Part shown: positions 13,281-25,546 of the stretch, piece after piece
Numbering within the stretch: the first letter of the stretch is position 1
How the letters are laid out: each line of letters opens with the position of its first letter
Source of the DNA: Octopus vulgaris
Lineage: Eukaryota
Direction: 5' to 3'
Assembly (NCBI GenBank): GCA_951406725.2
Contig: OX597823.1
Span: forward strand, 27,776,001-27,840,000
DNA: 64,000 nucleotides
Program-made: the position numbers and the translations under genes
The notes under the pieces: generated by a model
Databases searched by the model: none
What the model saw: only the letters and a program-made list of their open reading frames with translations
What the model was told of the DNA's origin: nothing

Positions 13281-13934
13281 TCCCCTTCTTTCGTTCAAGT
13301 AGTAACACACGCACACACTCTCTATTCTCTCTTGTGATAACGAAATGAATTTTCTTAAGAAAATTGACATAAAGCTTTTTCTTCTGTTGTTAAGTAATGT
13401 AAGTAATTCCATGTGTGGAGTGTTTGTGAGTACAATTAGAGACAACAGTGGTAACTGGGCTGGAGTGGAACTAGGAGCACAAGGTGGGGGGCGGGTGGTG
13501 GTGGTGGAAGAGCAGCAGGGTCAGGGCGTGAGGAAGAAGAATTAGTCCCTATATTTTCGTGTTTCACTGATGTAGTGGGTAGCTGGAAGCGGGAAGGGGG
13601 GGGGGGTGATCTTCAATCACAAACATATTGAGGAAGGCGAGGTCACCACCACCACCACCATCATCATCATCGACATGTCCGCCCTTCCACTGTTACCATT
13701 ATCGCAACCACTACTCCCATACTGTTATTATCGCCATCGTCAACATCGTCTTCTATTATGGTCGTTTTATCACCTATGTTCATCATTATGTAGCATCGTC
13801 ATCATCCTCACCACTTCATCACCATCGTCATCATCATCATCATCATCATCACCACCCAAAAGACATTCCCTTTTTACAGAATCCAATGAAGCCACTTTAA
13901 TATATTTATTTAACTTACAAATCTCCACCTCAGT

Positions 13935-13962
13935 TTACTACTACTACTACTACTACTACCAT

Positions 13963-13995
<33 letters not shown>

Positions 13996-14046
13996 CATTA
14001 CTACTACTACTACTACTACTACGATTACTACTACTACTACTACGAT

Positions 14047-14095
<49 letters not shown>

Positions 14096-14100
14096 GCTGC
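13935..14100. repeat. (TAC)n microsatellite
   Basis: Direct inspection. Confidence 0.95.
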
Positions 14101-14199
14101 TGTTACAAATACTCTTGCCTTGCATAAACACATGGTGGGGTGATGGTGTGTGTGGTGGGAAGCGAGCCTGCAAAAACCACAAGAATTCCAGAGTATTTT

Positions 14200-14550
14200 A
14201 TTAATTACTTTTTCACATAACCAGGAGTGTGATGCAATAATTAGGACTTTCGTCAGTCCTACGAGAATAAAGAGGTGGGTTGGGGTGCAGCGTTCATGGC
14301 CTTCGAAGACTCTGTTGGCAGTGGACGAAAGTACAATATCCATGATCTTTATTGTTCCCTGCAAGAATAAAAGGAAGATGTTGAACCTTTGTCTTTGAAG
14401 TTGCAGCTCTCATGACCACCGTGGGACCCTGCAATTCTGGAAGGAGTGGAAGTGTTCATGATAGTTGCAGCCCTCCGTGAATGGTGATCTCCATTCTGTT
14501 TTTGTTCAACTTTGGACCATTGTTTGAAGAAGCTTATTTCATCGAGGTCG
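14200..14550 (+). pseudogene. Possible highly decayed Gypsy integrase remnant
   Basis: LLAVDESTISMIFIVP..KRKML and ALREW*SP..FGPLFEEAYFIEV loosely follow RVIVP..H..HPG / PLHPWEWP..DFAGP. Confidence 0.25.
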
Positions 14551-14654
14551 TCATTATTGTAGTGGTCTGTCATTATCATCGCCATTGTCATCTTCGTTTT
14601 CGTCATCGCCATGGCCATCACCATTACCATTCTCCTCGTCCTTCTCATTACATA

Positions 14655-15270
14655 TTCTTTTTTACTCTAGGCATAAGGCCCGAACTTTTTGGTGAGGGGC
14701 CAGTCGATTAGATCGACCCAACTACACAACAGGTACTTTATTTATCGACCTCGAAAAGATGAAAAGCAAAGCCGACCTCGGCGGAATTTGAACTCAGAAC
14801 GTAAAGACAGACAAAATACCTATTTCTTTACTACCCACAAGGGGCAAAACGCAGAGAGGACAAACAAGGACAAACAAACGGATTAAGTCGATTACATCGA
14901 CCCCAGTGCGTAACTGGTACTTATTTAATCGACCCCGAAAGGATGAAAGGCAAAGTCGACCTCGGCGGAATTTGAACTCAGAACGTAGCGGCAGACGAAA
15001 TACTGCTAAGTATTTCGCCCGGCGTGCTAACGTTTCTTATTTCTTTATTGCCCACAAGAGGCTAAACATAGAGGGGACAAACAAGGACAGACAAATGGAT
15101 TAAGTCGATTATATCGACCCCAGTGCGTAACTGGTACTTATTCAATCAACCCTGAAAGGATGAAAGGCAAAGTCAACCCAGGCGGAGTTTGAACTCAGAA
15201 CCTAGCGGCAGACGAAATACTGCTAAGCATTTCGCCCGGCATGCTAACGATTCTGCCAGTTCGCCGCCTC
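14655..15270 (-). mobile_element. SINE family A multimer
   Basis: Three B-box/body units in tandem. Confidence 0.85.
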
Positions 15271-15459
15271 CTTTTCATTACACGTTATCTATTTTGGTGT
15301 AGGATTTCCTACTCTCTTTTTGTTTTCTTTTATTCGATTTTGCCTTTCATCCTTTCGGGGGTCGATAAATTAAGTACCAGTTGCATACTGGGTCGATCTA
15401 ATCGACTGACCCCTCCCCCAAAATTTCGGGCTTTGTGCCAGGCAGCGTAGAAAAGAAAA

Positions 15460-16100
15460 GAATTGAAAACATTTCGTACTCCAAATTGAACGCCGGAAAT
15501 ATAATAGCAATCAACTGGAGCGTTGTATCATTAATAAAGTACGAAGCAGGAATCGTTGAGTGGGGAAGAAATTAATTGGGGAATATTAATAGAAAGCCGC
15601 TCGCAATGCAGAGAAGCATGTACCCCCAGTCGAGTATAGAGCTTGTACACTAGAAAAGATCAAGAAGAAAGTGTTGGTTAATGAGTGTTGAAGAAGTAAT
15701 AGGACTAGTAAAAAGTCTAGGTCTTTATCTTAGAAAAGATAATTTACAAAGATTATTAGAAAGGATTATTTTCATAGCAGAGTTCAAAGGACAAAAACAT
15801 CCAGTAAAATATATGAGGAAAAAAGCCAAACTTTGAAGTAAATAAGTTCAGTTCGAAAGTCAGAAGTGATAAGAAATTACAAGGATAGCTGGATTTGGTT
15901 ATGAGGGGATGAGGATCCATTGGATCAAGAAAATGATAAGCAGGACTCTGAAATAGAAAATGTGGAATGTACGTTGATACAGACGACACATAGTATAAGA
16001 AATGCTCAACGGTATCGCAAAATGAATAAATACAAAACGTGTAAACATGATAACATTAATGCAAAAAATACGCTGGAATTTTAACGAGGGTTTGTTTTTC
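15460..16100 (+). pseudogene. R4/Dong-like (RLE-type) non-LTR retrotransposon remnant
   Basis: SKLNAGNIIAINWSVVSLIKYEAGIVEW..MQRSMYPQS..LMSVEE resembles SKLNxGNKIKAINTWAVPVIRYSAGIVDW..HPxxDVDRLY..GGRGL. Many stops and frameshifts. Confidence 0.6.
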
Positions 16101-16559
16101 GTGCACACTAAAATATCTATGACTGTTTTGTGAGAACAGAAATGAAAGGGTTTTTTATGAAACTAAATCATAAACTACTGAAGGGTTTGTTTGTGAACGA
16201 ACTGTTATGTAAATATACATAAAATACAGTGTTACCGGAGTAGAGAAGCAGAACTACTGAAAAAACAGGATTACGATTCACAGAGATAGCTACGTCGATA
16301 AAATAACATTTAATGTTTTGAACATTAAAATAAAAGCATATTCAGACCTTCGGCAACAGAAATAACATGAATTGATCGCTAACAATATCTTTGTCATCAA
16401 CGTTACCGGAGACAACTCCGAGCATGGTTCGCCTTTGTTAAAACTCTTCAGTAGAATTGCAGACTCATCGTAAACTACCGAACGATTAACGATCTTTTTT
16501 TCTCATTTTTTTAAAAGTTAATTTACAGAAATACATAGTCGTTGGCATAAAGCAAACCA

Positions 16560-16790
16560 TTTTACTGTACACCTGAACCTGTTGTATGCAGAACTACAGG
16601 TGTATTTGCATCTATCAATACAGAGAAAAACGCAGGTGATTATAGACAAGGTCTGCTCATGTATGGATATCCTGGGACTATATAAACATGAGCGAGTGAA
16701 GTTTGGCACAGTTAGTACTGGGGTTTGTGCCAATAAAGAGTAGGGCTCTCCAAAACAACTTATGTTCACTCCCATGGCCTGTGGCGAACT
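16560..16790 (-). pseudogene. Possible Gypsy RT-RNaseH linker remnant
   Basis: LLAQTPVLTVPNFTRS resembles LTxAPVLxxPDFxKPF. Confidence 0.3.
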
Positions 16791-16924
16791 TCTAATATGT
16801 TGACGGTGATGAAGGCAGCAGTAGCAGCAGCAGTAGTAGTTGTTGTGATCATTTGCAATGTTGATGGGTGTAGCACTAATTAGTAAGAATACGGAGACGC
16901 TGTGGTATTATTGTTAGAACCGTA

Positions 16925-17300
16925 GGGCGGCGAGCTGGCAGAAACGTTAGCACGCCGGGCTAAATGCTTAGCGGTATTTCGTCTACCGTTACGTTTTGAG
17001 TTCAAACTCCGCCAAGGTCGACTTTGCCTTCCATCCTTTCGGGGTCGATAAATTAAAAACCAGTTACGCACTGGTGTCGATGTAATCGACTTAATCCATT
17101 TGTCTGTCCTTGTTTGTCCCCTCTATGTTAAGCTCACTGTGGGCAATAAAGAAATATTTTTCGTTCTGAGTTCAAATACCGCCTTTCATCCTTTCAGGGT
17201 CGATAAAGGAAGTACCAGTTGCGTACTGGAGTCGATCTAATCGACTGGCCCCTTCCCCCAAAATTTCGGGCCTTGTACCTAGAGTAGAAGCGATTATTGT
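16925..17300 (+). mobile_element. SINE family A dimer
   Basis: Head + unit + second unit with terminal tail. Confidence 0.85.
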
Positions 17301-17524
17301 TAGAACCGTTATGTAACGGTTAGGGGCGTCGGATAAAACGCTCTGCAGATCACCATCTTCTTTTATAAAGTTCTGAGTTCATATTCCGGTCTTTTTGCTT
17401 TCCAGTTTTACAGGATCGATAAATTCAAGTACCAGTCGTCGTACTAAAATGTAAAATATTGGACCCGATTCAAGAAATAATTATCAGCAATACTAGTGGT
17501 GTCGGTAGTAATAATAGTAATATT

Positions 17525-17805
17525 GTTGTTTGTTCCTTCTCGATCCACACCTGGCTCATAAGGGCCGGTTTCCCGGTTTCGACGGGACGCCGGTCCGTCG
17601 CAGGTGAACTGCAAGATGCAGAAGGAAAGAGTGAGAGAAAGTTGTGGCGAAAGAGTCAGCAGAAGTTCGGCATTACCTTCTGCCGGTGCCGCGTGGAGCT
17701 TAGGTGCTTCGTTCATAAACACACATATCGCCTTGTCTGAGATTCGAACCCGCCATCCCTCGACCGCGAGTCCGCTGCTTTAACCACTAGGCCATGTGCC
17801 TCCAC
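17525..17805 (-). mobile_element. SINE family C variant with different 3' tail, 12-bp TSD
   Basis: TSD AATAGTAATATT; same tRNA-like head. Confidence 0.8.
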
Positions 17806-17861
17806 AATAGTAATATTAATAATGGTTAATTAGTCCCTGATAGAACCTAGTAAGCTAAGAT

Positions 17862-18209
17862 GACCATGCTGGAGCACCGCCTTTAGTCGACCCCAGGACT
17901 TATTCTTTGTAAGCTTAGTACTTAGTACTATCGGTCTCTTTTGCCGAACCGCTAAGTTACGGGGACGTAAACACACCAGCATCGGTTGTCAAGCGATGTT
18001 GGGGGACACACGCACACACACACACACACACATATATATACATACAACGGGCTTCTTTCAGTTTCCGTCTGCCAAATTCACTCACAAAGCTTTGGTCGAC
18101 CCAAGGCTATAGTAGAAGACACTTTCCCAAGGTGCCATGCAGTGGGACTGAACCCGGAACAATGTGGTTCGTAAGCAAGCTACTTACCACACAGCTACTC
18201 CTACGCCTA
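17862..18209 (-). mobile_element. SINE family B
   Basis: Matches 46478-46858. Confidence 0.8.
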
Positions 18210-18651
18210 TGATAACCTATAACATATATCAACACCACCACTACTAGCGCCATCCCAACCCCTATCAAAACTAACCCCCTATATTTTATTCTCCGCCTCA
18301 AACTCTACTTTATCGTTAACTACAACACCACTAAGAACAACATCAAGTGTTGTGGAAGAAACTAATGAGAGAAATCCTTTAAAAAATAAATTAAAAAATC
18401 AAAAACGAAACGGAAAAAATTAGATACACACTCACGCGCATGCGCGCGCACAGAATGTCCCTTGTTGTTTGACCTTTCCATGACCTCATCTTCTACTGAA
18501 CATCCCCCTCCATTCTTGCTGTTCCTTTCTGATCTCTGCCTTTTGAACTAATATATATATATAACTATACATCATGTGCTTACAATGCGTGTCCCATATC
18601 TAACACAGATACATTCGCACGGTCGTGCGTACGTATATGTATGTATTCTAC

Positions 18652-18688
<37 letters not shown>

Positions 18689-18973
18689 TGTGTGTACACA
18701 TACACATACGCGTTTTTCATTCTATTATCGTTGGGTGTGTATATATAGGTTTGTGTATACATATCTTTAAAGTATATACGTGTATACCTATCTCAAACTG
18801 GGTCTATTCCATCTCATACACAGATTGGAATGGATTATACACACACACGTATATATACATATATATATATGCATACATACATGTGTATGTATGTATGTAT
18901 ATATATATATGCATACATATATATTTACATTATTTACATTTGACGGATATTTGTCCTCATCTTGTTCGTTGTT

Positions 18974-19018
18974 AACACAACGTTTCGGCTGATATACCCT
19001 TCAGCCTTCATCGGGTAT
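18974..19018 (-). ncRNA. Minimal type I hammerhead ribozyme motif (core variant CCGAUGA)
   Basis: Minus strand reads atac-CCGATGA-a-ggctga..tcagcc-GAAA-cg-TT-gtgtt. Confidence 0.6.
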
Positions 19019-19158
19019 GGTTAAGAGCGCATGCTACCAATCCCAAGATTCCGAGTTCGATTCCAGGTAGTGACCTGAATAATAATAATAATGATAATAA
19101 TAATAATAACATCGAAAAATACCTTAGGAATGAGAACCTAGGTTAGAAATTTCCCCAA

Positions 19159-19204
19159 GATACCTGTTGAAGGCTGGAGAGTATATCAGCCGAAACGTTG
19201 TGTT
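19159..19204 (+). ncRNA. Minimal type I hammerhead ribozyme motif (core variant CUGUUGA)
   Basis: gatac/gtgtt stem I, CTGTTGA, ggctg/cagcc stem II, GAAA-CG-TT. Confidence 0.6.
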
Positions 19205-19550
19205 AGCAACATACAAGATGAGGACAAAATATCCGTCAAATGTAAATAATGTACATAATTCCTCATCTCATAAATATAGAACTGTATATCTATCTGCCTG
19301 TCTGTCTAAATTTCTAACCCTTTATTGAAATCCGATTGACATGTTAGTTACCCAGCCTTTTGTGTGTATACGTAAGTGAAGATAGGGGTGAATGCATCCG
19401 TCTTTGTTGACCCTACGCGAATCATGGGTCACAGCTCTTAATTAAGGGAAAACGTTTACCATAACAGGATCTTGTGTTGCGTTGGAATTTTAATGTCGAT
19501 GGTCTGTGAAGTGAAAGATTAGATCCACCCTCTGTTCTCACGCTCACTCA

Positions 19551-19593
<43 letters not shown>

Positions 19594-20109
19594 ATATATC
19601 CACACATATACATATACACCCACACACATACGTATAATATACAAAATAACGCTTCTAATCGTTATGCATTTATTATACACACAGCATGCATTCATACGTA
19701 CACACACGAGTGTGTATATATATATATATATGGGTAAATGCGTGTGTATACATATGCGTGTATGTTTGTTTGTGTGTATATATATATATTTGTGTGTGTG
19801 CGTGTGTTGTTTATTCGTCTAGTGCATTTTATACATTAAAATGTCTGACAAAATAGTATGTAGAAGCCTGCGCGTGTTTCCGTTTGGGTTTTATAATTGT
19901 ATCCTCGGCTGTGTAATCCAGGATTGAGCGCTACACAAGAGAATATGTAGAAAACAAAACGGGAGGTAAAGACAATATAGACACACTTCAAGAAAAGAAA
20001 AACGTGGAGAAATATTTTAATTTAGACATCAAGGAGTTAATACGAGTTACCTTTTAATCCTTACAATCATTAGATTGTCCGGAAAGTTCTAAGCTTTTTT
20101 TAATATGCA

Positions 20110-20292
20110 AAATAGGGATATACTTCATGAACCTATTTTTTCCAACTCTGCAAGTTCTCCAGTCGAGATATTTGAGTTTTCTTCGATTTTTGCCTTCAAA
20201 ATATTTTCATCCAATTTTGAAGGTCTTCCGCTGCGACTGTCATCTTCCAAGCTAAACTCTCCACCTTTAAATTTTGCAAATCACCTTTCAAC
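20110..20292 (-). pseudogene. Mariner transposase HTH remnant
   Basis: R*FAKFKGGEFSLEDDSRSGRPSKLDENILKAKIEENSNISTGELAE. Confidence 0.8.
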
Positions 20293-20296
20293 AAAT

Positions 20297-20597
20297 ATTG
20301 TTTGCTAACATAACATGGCAGTCCTGGTTTAGGACGAATGTTGCTGTAATGTAGCCCCAGGAGACATCGTCTCCAGCTGGCTATACACATAATCTGTGTC
20401 CTTATATTTTCAAACAAAGGAATCTAGCACCCCCACTCAGATATTGTTTGAGCTGAGTGGGGGTGCTAGATTCCCTTGTTCAAAAATATAAGGACACAGA
20501 TCATGTCGTATAGCCAGCTGGAGAGGATGTCTCCTGGGGCTAAATTACAGCAACATTTGTCCTAAACCAGGACTGCCATGTTATGTTGGCAAACAAT
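20297..20597. repeat. Near-perfect ~145-bp-arm palindrome (fold-back insertion)
   Basis: 20297-20440 is the reverse complement of 20453-20597, with 12-nt loop ATATTGTTTGAG. Confidence 0.9.
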
Positions 20598-20754
20598 CTT
20601 TACTTCAAAGTACTGTTGCTGAATATCTCTCGTTGTGAGATTTAAAAGTGGTAATTTTCTCACCTTTGAACAGGTTTTTGCAAGTCTTTGCAGCACTTTC
20701 TCCTTTTTTTTCTTTAAAACAAATTAAAAGCATTACACTGCGAATATGAAATTT

Positions 20755-21220
20755 ACCAAAAGGTGCACAAAGTGGTGATCATTAGCTTCCAGACACTTAT
20801 TAGTATGGTAAACTGCCACTTGGGAAACGTTGACCAAAGTGCCCAGAGAAGTTGTTGCACACGCCATTTTAATTTCTTTCGGAAGGACCGTCGGTTTAGC
20901 CAGTTTTCTGCAATACATGACCTCCTTTAAGGTGCCCTATTAGTAAAAGTCCACAGGTGTTAAGTCAAAAGAACTTGCGGGGAACTCAATGGCACCTCTT
21001 CGTCCTATCCATGTCCTTGCAAATTTTCATCCTGGGCAGTACTGTGGCAGTCCATCGTCCTTTTGAGAGAAAAATTCCTAATTTCCATAAAGTGCGCGCA
21101 TGGTAGATAAAATAGACGTGCGAAGCATATCTAGGTACGTTTGATTAGTAACAGTATCTCCAAAGAAAATGGTCCTATTTGACCCCCCCCCCCCATGAAT
21201 CTCCACACCATACATTGATC
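20755..21220 (-). pseudogene. Tc1/mariner (DUF4817-type, DDxD) transposase C-terminal remnant
   Basis: WIGRRGAIEFPASSFDLTPVDFY**GTLKEVMY..KCLEANDHHFVHLL resembles WPARSPDLTPLDFYLWGYLK. Confidence 0.8.
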
Positions 21221-22381
21221 CCTGGTCAATTGACTACTTTCTTGAAAAGGGCTAAAAAGAATTTTAAAAAGGTTAAAAGTAACTTGAGTTTATCCCATGA
21301 TGTCTGAATAAATAAATTAAAATATTTCTACACGATTTTCTTTTCTTGAAGTGCGTACACAGTTTTTGAGGGACGGTGTGTGTATGTGTGTGTGTGAATG
21401 CAGTCCATATGAACGCAGTCCATATGAACGATATAATTTGCATAGATTTTATTTGGGGAGGTCACAAACCCCACTTACATTAGTGAAGCTATTACTGCTG
21501 ATTATATTTAGATTTTGCTAGTTTTGCAATGGTTTCACAACCTTTTCTTTTCCGTCTTCGATTAACTGTCGACTGTTCTTTGAAGCATCGTGGGAAGACT
21601 GTTCCATCAAACAAATTTGAAATTTGTAAGTTTTGTTGCAAATGAGTCTTCGTGCAGATAACCTTGGTTTTTGTAGGCACCTAATATTGCTGTCGAGTTC
21701 CAAACATATTTATTTTATAAAAAATAGTCCATATACGGAATCCAAAATGGCGAAATAGATAAAAATAAAGTACTTCCTTTATGATGTAATGGATATTTAG
21801 ATAACCGAAATGTAGACTGTTTCCTTTATGACTAAAAAAATATGTACAGGCAGCCGTCACTGGCGAGCGAGTATGGCTTCGTTGCATGTACCATGCTTTC
21901 GCTAATTGTTTTAAGTGCCTACATAGTAACGAGATCATTCACCTTTGACCCAACGGAATATCCAGGATATGACAGCTGGAGAGAGAGAGAGAGATTGATG
22001 TACCAACAACCCACATAATCATATATACATAAGATTGCGTTTGTTTGTGACACATAATACTGAGGAGACGTAGTCCGCTTCCTTTGCATGTTGTGCTGGA
22101 CTGAGCAGAACATCCAAGAGGCACAGTTGACAGGAAAGAAGGATGCGCCAGCGCTCGACCTCAACTCATTACTACTGAATAGGCTCAACTCTAGGGGTCG
22201 GGGAACATTTTTAACCAATTACCCCAAAATGTATTTATTTATGCCGACGTTACCCCCGTGATTCAAAAGGAAGAAAATCATAGATTCTTTGAATTCAAAA
22301 GGTTTATTGAGTCTATTTATTTTGAGAATACAATTTTAAATACAAAAAATGTAAAACAAATGCAATAAAATAAATTAATAT

Positions 22382-22764
22382 AGGAGCACTCCGTCGGTTG
22401 CGACGATGAGGGTCCCAGCTGATACGATCAACGGAACAACTTGCTCGTGATATTAACGTGCAAGTGGCTGAGCACTCCACAGATACGCGTACCCTTAACG
22501 TAGTTCTCGGGGAGATTCAGCGTGACACAGATTGTGACAAGGCTGGCCCTTTGAAATACAGGTACAAGAGAAACAGGAAGAAAGAGCGAGAGAAAGTTGT
22601 GGTGAAAGAGTACAGCAGGGTTCACCACCATCCCCTGCCGGAGCCTCGTGGAGCTTTAGGTGTTTTCGCTCAATAAACACTCACAATGCCCGGTCTGGGA
22701 ATCGAAACCGCGATCCTCCGACCGCGAGTCCGCTGCCCTAACCACTGGGCCATTGCGCCTCCAC
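22382..22764 (-). mobile_element. SINE family C with 15-bp TSD
   Basis: TSD AAAATAAATTAATAT at 22367-22381 and 22765-22779. Confidence 0.9.
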
Positions 22765-23061
22765 AAAATAAATTAATATCCTCATTATGAAACAAAAGGA
22801 TTTTTCTAGAAATTTTTTCACTTCCAGTTTTGAAGAAATGATGTTTCATTTTTGTTAAATTGGAGCATTTTAATGTCAGAGCAATTTGGATACAGTTTTT
22901 GGGGTCCAATCGATTACTCTGCTTTGTTTTTCTGTTCATTAGAGTAGAAAATCCTTATTTGCAAAGGTAGGCTGCTGCAAAAGGCAGCAACTTTTTGATT
23001 GCCTCCTCATATCAGAAAAGAAATTTCTGTCGTAACAAGGAACACGTTTTTTTTTTATATA

Positions 23062-23309
23062 TTGGGTTGGTGCATAACTACTGCGGCTTTTTTTCAACAA
23101 ATTTCATTCAACAAAAACAATAACAATATTTAACAAAAACATCTTTAAATGACTGTTTGACCGTCTGCCAAGCAAATGGGAAACAGTAATTGAAGTAAAT
23201 GGTGAATATGCTCTAGAATAATCATTTAAAGATGTTTTTGTTACATGTTATTGTTTTTGTTGAATAAAATTTGGTTGAAAAAAGCTGCAATAATTATGCA
23301 CCAACCCAA
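23062..23309 (+). mobile_element. Mariner MITE (Hsmar1/MADE-like TIRs)
   Basis: TA-TTGGGTTGGTGCATAA..TTATGCACCAACCCAA-TA. Internal DRLPSKWETVIEVNGEY is a transposase C-terminus. Confidence 0.85.
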
Positions 23310-23939
23310 TAATTTTACTTATGTCTAATGAGTCCTCATCACCCCAAGAATTTCCTTATTATTTGGAGTAATTTATCCCGGTTCGCGGGCCCCTAGAATA
23401 GAGCAACGTAAATATAAGTGCCTTATTCAAGAACACAACGCGCCACTCGATCCAGGAATTGAATCTGTAACTTTGTGGTCATGAGGCCCACACTTTAACT
23501 AATAAATCTTCACGGTAGGAAAATAAATTGACTTCTAGCAAAGAGACAAAGCCTCATTCAGATTTAGAGGATGGGGAAAAGTCAATGCTCGTGACACCAA
23601 TACTGTACTGGGACTTAATTTATGGGCTTTGGAAGGATGAAGAGTATTTGGATGGGTAAATGTATAAGACGGGTTATGGTCGCGAGTCCATTATTGGCTG
23701 ACATCATGATTATGACGGGTTGACCTTTAAAGTGTGAGACTCATAGAAGTCTATCATATTACGGTGAAATAGGGGAGGACAGGGCCAGGTAGTAGATGTA
23801 GTATCAAAGACAAGCACACAAACTTACTTGCATGCGAACACACATGCATACTCATACACACAACGATGAGTACACTCATACATGTACACATATACATTCA
23901 TACATGCAACTATATCTTGGAGCCATTAAGAACTACCAA

Positions 23940-24614
23940 ACTGTAACTGCTGGGAAATTAACATTATGTTCCCCCGTAATATGCAGATTCTCAGGTCCTT
24001 ACTCAGTAAGCGCAAATGTGGAAGTTAGTCGGGATATTTAAAGCAGCCTCATAGTTCCAAACAATTTTCGTTGGAAAATTTCTATCTTGTACACGTGTTG
24101 CCAAGTACCACTCACAAAATTTAATTTTTCGGTCTAGATCATCTTTATTGAGATCATGGATGATTCTTAGCATAAAAATTTCTCCTTTTAGTGCTTTAAA
24201 ATATGGACTCTTAATTTTCAAATTGCTGAGTCATGTCTCGCTTGCCGCACAGATTCTCTTGAATTCGAGTAACGTGTTTCAAGTAACTCTTCCCTCTTTG
24301 TGGGGGGCCGTCGATGTCCGTTGTCTTCCAGAACATTTCTTGTGTACATTCGAAACATTTTCATTTGCTTCAAACTTCTCACTAATTCTAGTAGCCGGTT
24401 GTGTATGAAACTCTCACCATAACTGTCTTGGCACTTCGACTGCCTTTACAAACTTCCAGCAGCAATTTAGGCTAAATTTCCTTTGTTCAGAGCATAGTCT
24501 AGCTCCCTTCATTATTTCAAAGGAGTTAATCCTAAAGACAAATGAAAATCGAGAGTTATCAGCAGTTATACTGTGTATACAATTTTGGGGGAGAGTGGTG
24601 TGGGGGACACCCTG
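23940..24614 (-). mobile_element. Tc1/mariner (DUF4817-type) transposon 5' half, decayed
   Basis: TA-CAGGGTGTCCC terminus. MKGARLCSEQRKF..KFEANENVSNVHKKCSGRQRTS..LNKDDLDRKIKFCEWYL..FPTKIVWNYEA. Confidence 0.75.
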
Positions 24615-25039
24615 TATATCATAAGATACACATTCGTAAACTGCAACTGTCATTAAAACATATATAAAACATATATAAGGTAAAGCACTTTATAAACATA
24701 ATCGCGCGCGCGTGTAGATACAACAGACAGACATACATACGTGTACACACACACACACACACACATACGTATATTAATATAATCTGGGTAAAAAACACCC
24801 CAAAACTTTCGGATATTTCTCTTGACAGTTGATATTTTAAAAATATATACATCAACACAGAATGCGTTCTGAGTTCGATGAAATAAGTAACAGTTACGCA
24901 CTGGGAGCAATCCCTCCCACAAAATTTCAGGCTTTGTGCCTATAATAGAAAGGATTACATAGTGCTAAGAAGTGAATACAATTTGTCACAAACGGAAATA
25001 TAAAGGAACCTCTGGCGTTTAGACAATCATTAAAGAATC

Positions 25040-25546
25040 AGTACCGCCTTTAGTCGAAGAAATCGATCCCAGGACTTATTCTTTGTAAGCCTAGTACTTA
25101 TTCTTTCGGTCTCTTTGGCCGAACCGAGCGATGGTGGAGGGGACAGACACACGTACATAAATACATATATACATACATACAAATATACATTACACACACA
25201 CACGCATATAATACACATTAAGTACAGGATATCACCAACGAGTGAAAAATACGTAAACACACGAGAGATAATTGTGGAGAGTTGGGGCTTCGAACGAACA
25301 AACAACGACTGAGTGGACGTACAGAGTAAACAATCGACAAAGGCAAACATTAAGGGCCGTTAGACCAAGACGAATTGTAATGGGTACGACAAGCTTCTAT
25401 CGGTTTCCATCTACCGAACCCACTCACAAAGCTCTGGTCGGAACGAGGCTATAGTAGAAGACACTTGCCCAAGGTGTCACGCAGTGGGACTGAACCAGGA
25501 ACCATGTTGGTTGGTGAGCAAGCTATTTTACCACAGTTACTCCTGC
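25040..25546 (-). mobile_element. SINE family B with internal insertion
   Basis: 3' part at 25040-25130, 5' part at 25385-25546. Confidence 0.7.

Larger units (their letters stand above)
18926..19284 (+). mobile_element. Second copy of the tRNA-headed hammerhead element, with inverted tail+HHR copy on its left
   Basis: 18926-19018 is the reverse complement of about 19159-19253. Between them lie a tRNA-like head remnant (GAGTTCGATTCC) and (AAT)n. Same sequence as the 49 kb copy. Confidence 0.75.
19980..21378 (-). mobile_element. Composite non-autonomous Tc1/mariner element with ~80-bp inverted ends
   Basis: CACACTTCAAGAAAAGAAAAACGTGGAGAAATATTTTAATTTA (19982) versus TAAATTAAAATATTTCTACACGATTTTCTTTTCTTGAAGTGCG (~21312-21355). 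Encloses two transposase remnants. Confidence 0.6.
22192..23395 (-). mobile_element. hAT (Charlie-like) non-autonomous element carrying nested SINE and mariner MITE
   Basis: TAGGGGTCGGGGAAC / GTTCGCGGGCCCCTA ends. Minus-strand KKLLPFAAAYLCK*GFSTLMNRKTKQSNRLD is the hAT dimerisation domain (about 22860-23010). Confidence 0.7.

Noticed and set aside
14240-14265. GGACTGACGAAAGTCC hairpin (minus strand)
   Set aside because: The core elements overlap with no stem II, so it is not an HHR fold
13606-14364. Poly-Tyr/Ser/Val/His ORFs
   Set aside because: (TAC)n and (CAT)n microsatellite read-through
14689-15103. Recurrent small ORFs MRNWYL..RPRKDERQSRPRRNLNSER (also at 16880, 29709, 58886)
   Set aside because: Antisense translation of SINE family A, not a gene family
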